A DNA stretch of 62,862 nt, the filler included, from Welwitschia mirabilis (taxonomy: Eukaryota), in assembly GCA_051453625.1 (NCBI GenBank). It is 5 parts of one record of this genome, joined end to end, with 100 filler letters (N's around TTAATTAATTAA, not from the genome) between each part and the next. Parts side by side here need not be neighbours in the genome. Positions count along the whole stretch, not along the records: positions 40,441 to 57,569 come from JBOZIK010000001.1; positions 57,670 to 59,589 come from JBOZIK010000001.1; positions 59,690 to 62,862 come from JBOZIK010000001.1; 2 more parts are not named here. One strand, written 5' to 3'. The notes below the pieces were generated by a model that was not told the origin of the DNA, ran no database searches, and was given only the letters and a program-made list of their open reading frames with translations. Below, piece by piece: positions 52,145 to 62,862 of the stretch. The position numbers and the translations under genes are program-made. Each line of letters opens with the position of its first letter. The stretch's first letter is position 1.

Positions 52145-53949
52145 TGTTGTGATGTGAATTTATCCAATCTGGAAACCCTTTAAATATCCTGTAAATCATT
52201 TAATTATAGAAAACACACTCTAGTATAGATGGGAGTTCATCCAAATGTCGTAATCCAACAAAAGAACTAGGCTTAGAGTTAGAGAATTAATTTTTGTCAA
52301 GGTTTTTTTAGTTCTTTTTATCTTTATAAAAACTAAAATGAAGTAACATAAGTAAATGTAATGCTTAAATAGAAATGAAATGTAAATAAATGAGAATACA
52401 AATGACATGGAAATGCAAGGAAATGGGAATAGAAATATCTCTTACTTAGATCTTAGTCTTTCTATCACAAAAACTACTTCTTTATGANNNNNNNNNNNNN
52501 NNNNNNNNNNNNNNNNNNNNNNNNNNNNNNNNNNNNNNNNNNNNNNNNNNNNNNNNNNNNNNNNNNNNNNNNNNNNNNNNNNNNNNNNNNNNNNNNNNNN
52601 NNNNNNNNNNNNNNNNNNNNNNNNNNNNNNNNNNNNNNNNNNNNNNNNNNNNNNNNNNNNNNNNNNNNNNNNNNNNNNNNNNNNNNNNNNNNNNNNNNNN
52701 NNNNNNNNNNNNNNNNNNNNNNNNNNNNNNNNNNNNNNNNNNNNNNNNNNNNNNNNNNNNNNNNNNNNNNNNNNNNNNNNNNNNNNNNNNNNNNNNNNNN
52801 NNNNNNNNNNNNNNNNNNNNNNNNNNNNNNNNNNNNNNNNNNNNNNNNNNNNNNNNNNNNNNNNNNNNNNNNNNNNNNNNNNNNNNNNNNNNNNNNNNNN
52901 NNNNNNNNNNNNNNNNNNNNNNNNNNNNNNNNNNTTCTTAATCAATATAAACTATGAGATCTACCCAAGTAAGACTTGAAATGCAATATGAAAAGAAAGA
53001 AAGAAATAATATAAATCTATTCTACTAAATAAGGTTAACCTTAACAAAGGTTACCCTTATGATCTAAATAAATCAAAGCTTGTCACTAACTAAGATCAAC
53101 TTAAATCATAAGGGAGATGCACAATAATTAAATGGAAGAAAAAATTGTATTAATCCAATGAAATCATAACAACATCTATTTATAAAATCAAAACAATAGC
53201 ACCTCAATGAGAGAGACATAGCTTGACCTCAAGGATACTCCTTTCTGCAGCATGGAATAGATCTCTCACCCTTTAAGCTTTCATCACAAGTATAGGGTAT
53301 AAAATATGGGGTGAAAATGAAGGAGTAGAAGGGTATTTATAGATTTTCTATTAAGGAAATTAGAGGTAAAACCCTAAAGGCAAGAAACAAAAACCCTACC
53401 AATTCACATGGATCATTTGACTCCATTTATAATGAAATTTATTGCTATAATGTAAAAATAGTTGTCATCTTGTCTGTTGTCCACATGACAGAGGGAACGA
53501 TGCCATCTTAATAGCTTTGGATTATGTGCCATGTGGAGTCATTAGTCCTGTAAGTTGCTTATGCATAGTCCCAATGCTATCATCCCATATGTCATCTGAA
53601 CAAATGTGCGGATGATGCCCTGTCACCATGTTCTACTGTTGGTGTTGCATGCTTCTGTCCATATCAGAATTTTGGTTGTCCTAAGTGTCATGGAGATGAT
53701 GGAGGGATTGACACTCTTCTTTTGTTCTTTTGTCTAAGCTAAATCAGTCTTTGCATTGTAAAGTCCTTCCTCTAATCCTGCAGTATCAGAATAAGACCAA
53801 AAAACTGTCAATAATGCTAGATATCACATGTTTTGCTAATCATCCTATCAAATCCTCATAGCTATTAGTATTACATCAAAACCTTTATCAATGTCTTGCA
53901 AAAGTAATCAAAATACACTATCAAATTCGCATAAATTGGCATCACAACA
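52145..53949 (-). mobile_element. Gypsy 3' LTR (subfamily B; contains a gap)
   Basis: tgttgtgatgtgaattt...ggcatcacaaca termini, homologous to 15730-16972, followed by a PPT reverse complement. Confidence 0.85.
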
Positions 53950-55929
53950 TATCCTTCTACTTAGCCTTATCAATCCCTGACAAAGTAAGTGATCAACTGG
54001 ATTGTAAGCCAATTTATTAAAGATAAAAACAATGCCTGTAAAATGTAAATTAGGTTCATAGAAAATGATATTATTAATAGGTAATTAATACAAGTACTAA
54101 AAAATGTTCCTAAGCTCTCTACTTAAGCATGTCACTACAACATGAATTTAATACACATATAGAAATCATAAAGTGAAACTTGATGGCTCATATAAGTGAA
54201 ACTGTATATGCATAATATAGAACAAAAATAATGGATTATTGTAACAGCTTAAGCATTTTCTATATTACATAATTCAGGTGATCACATTAGTAGAATCAAC
54301 AAGATAGGAACAACAACAGTAATTATAACATAATTTAGATGATCAAAAGGACATAGCTATAGAAAACATGTGCAAGTACTACTGGATCCTGCATGATAAA
54401 GTGCATGAATGCTCTGAAAATTTTATTCAAATTGTATGAAGAACTCATCAAAAACAGCTCAGCTAAAATTAGATCATGAAAGCTTAGAATTGATAAAAAT
54501 TTTTGTGCTATTCATAATAGATTAACTCCCAGAAAGGTATCCAAACCCTTCNNNNNNNNNNNNNNNNNNNNNNNNNNNNNNNNNNNNNNNNNNNNNNNNN
54601 NNNNNNNNNNNNNNNNNNNNNNNNNNNNNNNNNNNNNNNNNNNNNNNNNNNNNNNNNNNNNNNNNNNNNNNNNNNNNNNNNNNNNNNNNNNNNNNNNNNN
54701 NNNNNNNNNNNNNNNNNNNNNNNNNNNNNNNNNNNNNNNNNNNNNNNNNNNNNNNNNNNNNNNNNNNNNNNNNNNNNNNNNNNNNNNNNNNNNNNNNNNN
54801 NNNNNNNNNNNNNNNNNNNNNNNNNNNNNNNNNNNNNNNNNNNNNNNNNNNNNNNNNNNNNNNNNNNNNNNNNNNNNNNNNNNNNNNNNNNNNNNNNNNN
54901 NNNNNNNNNNNNNNNNNNNNNNNNNNNNNNNNNNNNNNNNNNNNNNNNNNNNNNNNNNNNNNNNNNNNNNNNNNNNNNNNNNNNNNNNNNNNNNNNNNNN
55001 NNNNNNNNNNNNNNNNNNNNNNNNNNNNNNNNNNNNNNNNNNNNNNNNNNNNNNNNNNNNNNNNNNNNNNNNNNNNNNNNNNNNNNNNNNNNNNNNNNNN
55101 NNNNNNNNNNNNNNNNNNNNNNNNNNNNNNNNNNNNNNNNNNNNNNNNGTAATGATTATGATGATGTCAAGTATGCTAATGTTATCAAATAATAAATGAT
55201 AAGATAAAAAGCTATTAAAATACATGGAATTATAAGCTACCACATCAAAACAAACACTAAAATCCAAAAAGGAAGTGATCATGTGGAAGCACTAGAAATA
55301 AATAACTAAAGAAAGTGATTTATTGTGTTCATGCTGAAGGGAGTGTAGCCACTATCAGAGGAGTAAGGACCCACATAACATGGCTGACTAACCCCCCAGT
55401 GGAGTTCCCACAATTATCATATTGCACTGCCAAAGGGCCCTCTTAAGAATATTTGCCTCAGTGTGCTTGCGGTAGGACACCATAATTACCATATATGTAA
55501 AGATATAACATGAAAAGAGTATGATATGTTTTTTTTTTCTTTTCTTTTTTTCTCTTTTTTTTCTTTTTCTTTTTTTTTTTGAGACGTATCATTCTATATA
55601 ATCAAGGACTTATAAGGATAAAAGTGAAGAAATGAGATAAGTAACAAAATAAAATCTTACATCAACAATTAATTTACTTACATCATTGAAAGATAAAAAT
55701 AATAATGGCATCTTCTTTCTAAATGAAGTTTATAGACATGAAAATGTATGGAAATTGGATTAAGATAATTTTTATTATTGTAAATGCCCAGAGTAAAATA
55801 TTACTCATCATGAAACCTTTATAAGTAAATAAAGATGTCAAGTTAAAGGTGTTTAAGTGATAACATGATGTTGACCAAAGGAATGAGTTAAGAAAGAATT
55901 TAGATAATGGCAAAGGGAAGGTCCTCTTC

Positions 55930-56835
55930 TTGAAGAGGGGCTTCCAAAATAAGTGCTTCTATCATGTTCAAGGTTTCATCAAAAAATGACTCATAAAGTT
56001 TTAACCTTTGTCCATTAACTTTTTGGATTTCTTTAGTGTTTAGATCAGAAATTTCAAATGAGCCATTTGAGTGTACTTTTTTGATAAGATAAGGGCCTAA
56101 TCATTTAGAAGTTAACTTGTTGTGTAGAAGGTGTACTTAGGTGTTATATAATAAGACAAATTAGCTAGGTTCAAACTGTCTATGAATAAGCTTTTTATCA
56201 TGTTGAAACTTGGCTTGAGTCTTGTGAATAAGTTAGCGATGTAGGGAATGATACGTTTTTCATCAAGATAGTTAATTTGTGCTAAGAAAATTTTGAGATT
56301 TTCATTTAGATCAGCAAGATTAAGTTGATAGGTAGAATAATATGAATTATAATAAACATCAGCTAGTAAAACACATACTTTACCGTACATGAGTTCATAG
56401 GGTGTGAAACCGAGAGGGTTATGCCAAGTAGTATGAAAAGCTCAAATAACATCATTACGTTTAGAGGAGCAAGTTTTATTATTAACTAAAACTAATTTTT
56501 TAAACATTTTCTTGATCTTTCTATTTGCATTTTTATCTAGACCATTGGTTTGAGGATGATAAGCACAAGCAACTCTATGTTGAACACCAATGGATAAAAA
56601 AACTTTTTGAAAGAGGTAGTTAATAAAATGGGTATCTTGATCACTGATGATAGTACATGGAAATCCAAATAATTGAAAGATATGAGTTATAACAAAGTTA
56701 CAAATAGTTCGGACATTATTTTTGGAGATAGGAGCAACTTCAACCCACTTGGTAACATAGTCCACAACTACTAAAATGTAATTTTTCTCATTGAAAGGTG
56801 GTAGAATTGGACCTACAAAGTTGATTCCCCAATAA
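55930..56835 (-). pseudogene. Gypsy integrase core and C-terminus
   Basis: YWGINFVGP..YILVVVDYVTKWVEV..IISDQDTHF..AYHPQTNG (ORF 56442..57392) and MYGKVCVL (ORF 56112..56390). Confidence 0.93.
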
Positions 56836-57311
56836 NNNNNNNNNNNNNNNNNNNNNNNNNNNNNNNNNNNNNNNNNNNNNNNNNNNNNNNNNNNNNNNNN
56901 NNNNNNNNNNNNNNNNNNNNNNNNNNNNNNNNNNNNNNNNNNNNNNNNNNNNNNNNNNNNNNNNNNNNNNNNNNNNNNNNNNNNNNNNNNNNNNNNNNNN
57001 NNNNNNNNNNNNNNNNNNNNNNNNNNNNNNNNNNNNNNNNNNNNNNNNNNNNNNNNNNNNNNNNNNNNNNNNNNNNNNNNNNNNNNNNNNNNNNNNNNNN
57101 NNNNNNNNNNNNNNNNNNNNNNNNNNNNNNNNNNNNNNNNNNNNNNNNNNNNNNNNNNNNNNNNNNNNNNNNNNNNNNNNNNNNNNNNNNNNNNNNNNNN
57201 NNNNNNNNNNNNNNNNNNNNNNNNNNNNNNNNNNNNNNNNNNNNNNNNNNNNNNNNNNNNNNNNNNNNNNNNNNNNNNNNNNNNNNNNNNNNNNNNNNNN
57301 NNNNNNNNNNN

Positions 57312-57569
57312 CACACATTTTATCATACACAAGTTCATAGGATGAAAAACTGAGAGAGTTACGCCAAGTAATATGGTAAGACTAAAGAACATTATTAAGT
57401 TTAGAGGACTAAGTTTTCTTATTGAAAGAGACTAATTTTTGAAGCATTTTCTTGATCTCTCTATTTGCGTTTTTAGTGAGACCATTGGTTTAAGGATAAT
57501 AAGCATAAGCAACTCTATGTTCAACACCAATGGATAGAATAAGTTTTTGAAAGAGGTGGTTAATAAAAT
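57312..57569 (-). pseudogene. Second, diverged gypsy integrase fragment (paralogous to 56375-56630)
   Basis: Minus strand reads SIGVEHRVAYAYYP*TNGLTKNANREIKKML, with many differences from the neighbouring copy. Confidence 0.85.
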
Positions 57570-57669
57570 NNNNNNNNNNNNNNNNNNNNNNNNNNNNNNN
57601 NNNNNNNNNNNNNTTAATTAATTAANNNNNNNNNNNNNNNNNNNNNNNNNNNNNNNNNNNNNNNNNNNN

Positions 57670-60600
57670 GATGAAGACTAAGGCTCTGTCCTACATCCAT
57701 TCATGTCTAAGTAACAACATTTTGCAATCTATCAAATATGACATAGAGTCTCATGATCTCTCGCAGACATTGAAAAATAGGTTAGATAAAGCTTCTGGTT
57801 TAAATACTTTTCACATTTATAAAAAGGTTTTCAAAGCAAAGAAAAGACATGAAGTCCCTTTACAAGATCACCTAGATGAGATGACGAATAAGCTAGTTAA
57901 GTTAGGAGTAAAAAATTGTTCTTCCAGATTTGGTGAAATCTGATGCTCTTTTGGATCTGTAGTAGTGACTTCAATCACTACGTCCATGAATATTACTTCT
58001 ATGACCTTTGAACAGGTCGTTTCTACACTTCAAGATTTTGAGGGCAAGTTGAATGAAGCGTCGACATCTAAAGGTGCCTTTNNNNNNNNNNNNNNNNNNN
58101 NNNNNNNNNNNNNNNNNNNNNNNNNNNNNNNNNNNNNNNNNNNNNNNNNNNNNNNNNNNNNNNNNNNNNNNNNNNNNNNNNCCTTTGAACAGGTCGTTTC
58201 TACACTTCAAGATTTTGAGGGCAAGTTGAATGAAGCGTCGACATCTAAAGGTGCCTTTGTGGCTGAAAACAGAGGCAAGAACCATAGACATGACTAAAGA
58301 AGGGGGAGATATAAGAATAGAGGTGTGTCTAATACCAGGAATATGGAATGCTAGTTTTGTACGAAAAAGGGCCACAGCCAAAAGGACTACTATGCATGGA
58401 AATCAAAACAAAAGGACAAGACGGAAAGGAGAAAATCAAAAGAGACCTCTTCTCAAGTGAATCAAGCTAAAGAAGATGTTAGTTTACTTGTATCTGAACC
58501 TTGTGCCTTCCTAGCGGAGGAACATGACAAGGACGTGTGGTTGATTGACACAGGTGCCTCCTTTCATATTTCCCCTAATCGTTCTGTCTTTACATCATAT
58601 TGTGTTGTTTCATCTAGTGTTCTGTATGCTGCAATGGAAAGCCACTGACAGTTATTGGAATAGGCAACATTGTTTTGCGGCAACCAAGGATGTCGAAAGT
58701 TACCATCAATAATGTTTGGCATGTTCCAGAAGTGACAAAGAAGCTAATCTCTGTCACGTAGTTGGATGATCTAGGCTTGAATTTCTCAAGTGGTGGAGGG
58801 TGTTGGAGAATTACTAAAAGGATTATGACGATTTCGCAGGCCAAAAAAAGGGTAGCATATACACATTAGAAGCCAATGCTTGTGGGTTTGTTGCTACAAT
58901 TTTAAATACAAAGGACACTGATGTTTGGCACAAACGTCTTGGACATATTGGTAGCTCTGGTTTAAATGTATTACAGTCTAAATCTCTTATTCTTGCATTT
59001 TCTCATACTCCAACAGATTTTTGTAAAGATTGTTTAATTGGAAAGCCTAAAAGAGTTAATTTTTGCAGGGACTTGGATAATAAAAAGAAAACAAATTAGA
59101 ATTAGTCTATTCTAATGTTTGTGGGCCTATAAATCCTATTTCTCTTGGCAGTTCTTTATATTTTGTGACGTTCATTAATGACTGTACATGGCAGGTTTGA
59201 GTGTACATATTGAAATTTAAAGATGAAGCCATAGGGATATTTAAAACATTTGTTACCACAGTTGAAACACAAGCAGGCTTAAGGTTGAAATGTTTGCTTA
59301 CTGACAATGGAGGGGAATATACCTCCAAGGCTTTTGCAAAATATTGTAATAGCAAGCGAATGTGTCACATTTGTACCCCTCCAAGCACAACACAAGAAAA
59401 TGGAGTTGCTAAAAGATGCAATACGACACCGCTAGAACGAGCCTGATCTATGGTTGCAGGTGCAAGTTTATCCAAATCCTTTTGGGCAAAAGCAGTGGTA
59501 ACAACTGCTTACTTGGTGAATAGATCACCTCATTCCTCTCTCAATGGTGTTTCAGAAATCCTATGGAAAGGTAAAAATGTTTCCTATCANNNNNNNNNNN
59601 NNNNNNNNNNNNNNNNNNNNNNNNNNNNNNNNNTTAATTAATTAANNNNNNNNNNNNNNNNNNNNNNNNNNNNNNNNNNNNNNNNNNNNCAGCAAAGAGC
59701 CAAACGATGCATATCTGTTGGCTATGGAAAGGATGTTCTAGGCTATAGACTATGGGATTCTGAGACCAACTGAATTGCAAGGTCATGAGAAGTCAAATTT
59801 AGAGAGCATATAATGTTTTATAGTTTATAGGATAAGAATCAAGCAGAAAACGATTATGTCTCCCTGCATCAGACTTGTAAGGTGAAAGATGAATCCAATA
59901 AAGAGCAAAAGGAGGAGCAACAAGAGGAGGCTCCTACAACTAGAATTTCAGACAATAATGAAATGTGTTCAAATGAAGAACAAGTAGAGGAGGAACAGCC
60001 TATGGATACATCTCATTTGGGTAAGGAGATCTGCCAGAATTTCACATCCACTTGATAGATATTCCCCTTCATTGAATTATGTACTTTATAGTGATTGTGT
60101 AGAACCAAAAACAGTCAGAGAAGCTCACTCTTGTGCTGAAGCTATCAAATGGAAGGTAGCCATGGAGGATGAGTGGAAATCCTTAAAGCAGAATAGTACG
60201 TAGGATTTGGTGGAATTACCTAAGGGCTATAAACCCCTACATAACAGGTGGATTTTCAAGTTAAAGAATGAAGCAAATGGAGAAAAGCGCTACAAATCTA
60301 GACTGGTAATGAAAGGCTTTACTCAAAAGCCAAGCATTGACTTTACAGAGATTTTTTTTCCTCCTATCGTGAAGCGTTCTTCCATTCGTATGGTTCGTTC
60401 TTTGGTTGCCTGCTTGGATTTAATTGGAACAGCTAGATATAAAAACTGCATTTTTACATGGTGATTTGGAGGAGGAGATTTATATGCACCAGCCAAAAGG
60501 ATTTATAAATAAGCAATGCCCTAATCGTGTTTGCTATTTAAACAAAAGTCTTTATGGTTTGAAACAGGCCCAAAGACAATGGTATAAAAAGTTTGATACA

Positions 60601-61620
60601 TTCATGAAGGAATTTTCATACCAGAAAAGTCAATTTGATCATTGTGTTTCTCTAGAAATGTCTCAAGTAAATTTGTTATATTGTTGTTGTATGTAGACGA
60701 CATGTTGATTGTAGGAAATGATAAGGCTGAAATAAAATGCTTGAAGGTGGAAATGGGTAAGCATTTCACAATGAAAGATTTGGGGCATGCAAAGAAGCTT
60801 TTGGGGATGAGCATTCACAGAGACAGAAAGCAGAAGAAGTTGTGGTTGAGCAAAAGTAACTATATTGGCAAAGTTCTTTAACGGTTCAGCATAAAAGATG
60901 CGAAGTCTGTGAGTACTCCTCTAGCTACTCACTTCCAATTGTCTAGTAAGGACTGTCCCAGCTTAAAAGAAGATGTTGCTAAGGTGAGAAACATTTCATA
61001 TGCCTCAGTGGTAGGCTCACTCACATATGCTATAGTACGTACTTGTCCTGATATTGCTTATGCAGTTAGAGTAGTTAATAGATACATGAGTAACTATGGT
61101 TGGAATCATTGGCTTGCTGTAAAATGGATTCCTAGATATTTGAAGGGTACACAAATAGATTGTCTATGGTTTGTCAACAAAGATTTAAGCCTACAAGGTT
61201 TTGTAGATGCTAATTTTATAGCAGATTTAGACAATACACATTTCATCTGCCTTTACTCTTGGTAGAGGTGCAGTTAGCTGGCTATCACATCTTCAACCAA
61301 TAGTGACTTTGTCCACTACAGAGGTGGAATATGTTGCTCTCACATAGGCTTATAAAGAAATGATTTGGTTGTGCAGGTTTAAGAAATGATTTGGTTGTGC
61401 AAGTTTATTGGTTCCCTTGGGTTGAATCAAAGCGCCATACACTTGGCAAAGAATATAACATTTCATTCAAGGACAAAACACATTGACATCCGATTTCATT
61501 TTATAAGAGAAATTATTGAAAACAAGTTGTTGAATGTACAAAAATAAATACCAAGGTAAATGTTGCTGATGCACTCACATAGGCAATGGCAATGGATAAA
61601 AGTAACTTTTGCAAAGAAAA
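57670..61620 (+). mobile_element. Ty1/copia gag-pol pseudogene (gag-PR-INT-RT-RH)
   Basis: Gag (ORF 57671..57943), knuckle C*FCTKKGH (~58348), [96 protein letters not shown]. Multiple stops and frameshifts. Confidence 0.96.
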
Positions 61621-61717
61621 TCTTGGGGTTGCAGTAACGTGAGCAAAGGGCATTTGAAGCAATGCATCTCTCTTGTTTGCTTGGAGGCTTGTTAGATTTG
61701 TCTTCAAGGGGGAGAAT

Positions 61718-62074
61718 CGTTCAAAGTGAAGCCAAATCTCTTAATGTTATTTATTCTTTTGTAGTTTGATTTTATATATTTTTATATTAAAGGGAGAAGG
61801 GAAGGCTAATGGGGTCATCTAGAAAGTTCTAAAAGTTACGGTTAAGGTTTTTACCCTAAAAGAAAATCTATATAAGGAAATAGAGGCATGGAAGGTCATA
61901 AGGTGTGTGGGAGTCAAGAGTTGCAATATCGACTATTAAGGACGGCTTGTGTCCTTNNNNNNNNNNNNNNNCTCTGCATTGCTTCTGTGGTTTTTCCCCA
62001 TACTGAGGTTTTCCACGTAAATATGATGCCTTGCTATTTGCATTTTGTTTTTGCTCTGTTGCATTTTTCTAACA
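61718..62074 (+). repeat. 3' LTR of the copia element (PPT aagggggag at ~61706-61714)
   Basis: Follows a canonical copia PPT, has TATA-like ctatataagg at ~61868 and ends tttctaaca. Confidence 0.75.
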
Positions 62075-62249
62075 GCCCAAACCCTGCAAACAAAATCACG
62101 CCCGGTTTGCAGAAGAAGCGTAGTTGAGAGCCTTTAAACTGCGCCAAAGTGAAGCGTCTGAACCGCGCCCAAGTAGCCGTTGTGGTCTCAACGCGCTAGA
62201 AGACAGGGGGAAGGCTCTGAGGACTAAGCTTGCCAAGCATGACGCACTA

Positions 62250-62790
62250 CTGCACCATGAGCAAACCTGGGAGGCCTTTCAAGCAACAGGATAGGATTCC
62301 TATGTGCTTAGCCTTGGAGGACATGATCCTGATCTCTCCAAATAATTTCTCAGAAACTAGAATGCAAATCTACTCGGATAGGTAACACTACCATATTTAT
62401 TGAAATTCCTTTCGTTAATGATGCCATTCTCACAAGTCCTCAAGGAATCGAGCTAGAAAGGGGAGCCCCCAAGGTTTCCATTGTTCCTCACTTTGTAAGA
62501 TTGATTGAGAAAACTCTTAAAAAGACAGAAGGAAGCTATAGAAGGAAGGATTTGCAGAGGCCTTTTGATCATGAATGCTTCACTCCAAGGACCACTCCAA
62601 CAAGATAAATGAGTTGCACTTCCACTTTCTTGCCGCCATGATGGGAGAGTTTCAGATAGATCTCCCTTTCTTTCTCTCTGACTCTATCCACTATTCCCTG
62701 CAAAGCTGCAAGGTACACCCCGAAAGGTTGATTTGGTTACTTTATCAAAGGAAAATGCAAATTGATGTTGGAATACTACCTTGGCAAGAA
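62250..62790 (+). pseudogene. Decayed retroelement extra-ORF-like coding remnant
   Basis: Reads HSNKINELHFHFLAAMMGEFQIDLPFFLSDSIHYSLQSCKVHPERLI, reminiscent of the 'YHF.LL...G...LNLPFYL..SL' segment of accessory ORFs in non-angiosperm LTR elements. This match is from recall, not from a search. Confidence 0.3.
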
Positions 62791-62862
62791 ATCCCATGGG
62801 GACTTATGCAACAGTCGCTGCTATGGGATCCTCCAAAGTATATAGAGAGTGACAAAGAGCGT

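Overview
AT-rich, gap-ridden plant nuclear DNA made almost entirely of nested, decayed retrotransposons. I found no intact host gene. It is dominated by one Athila-like Ty3/gypsy family with tRNA-Asp-type PBS remnants, ~1.1-1.4 kb LTRs and a long 3' internal non-coding region. About seven partial copies lie on both strands: one near-complete gag-AP-RT-RH-INT copy (29298-38960, minus) and at least two non-autonomous derivatives. Also present are a much less decayed Ty1/copia element (57670-62074), a compact element with two ~495 bp LTRs (48700-51733), a probable Sirevirus-like LTR remnant and a possible LINE 3' end. A small chimeric plastid insertion (NUPT) joins a truncated trnM-CAU to an rpl20 fragment. 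Several 100-bp gaps contain an artificial TTAATTAATTAA linker, and many duplications flanking gaps are probably assembly overlaps. The best lead for something undescribed is a ~160 bp GC-richer block with stem-loop potential, found in the post-integrase region of six gypsy copies. Secondary leads are a dispersed palindromic GTCRTCYRGAYGAC-type motif and the NUPT, whose codons hint at a plastome with heavy C-to-U editing. All boundaries were read by eye and are approximate.
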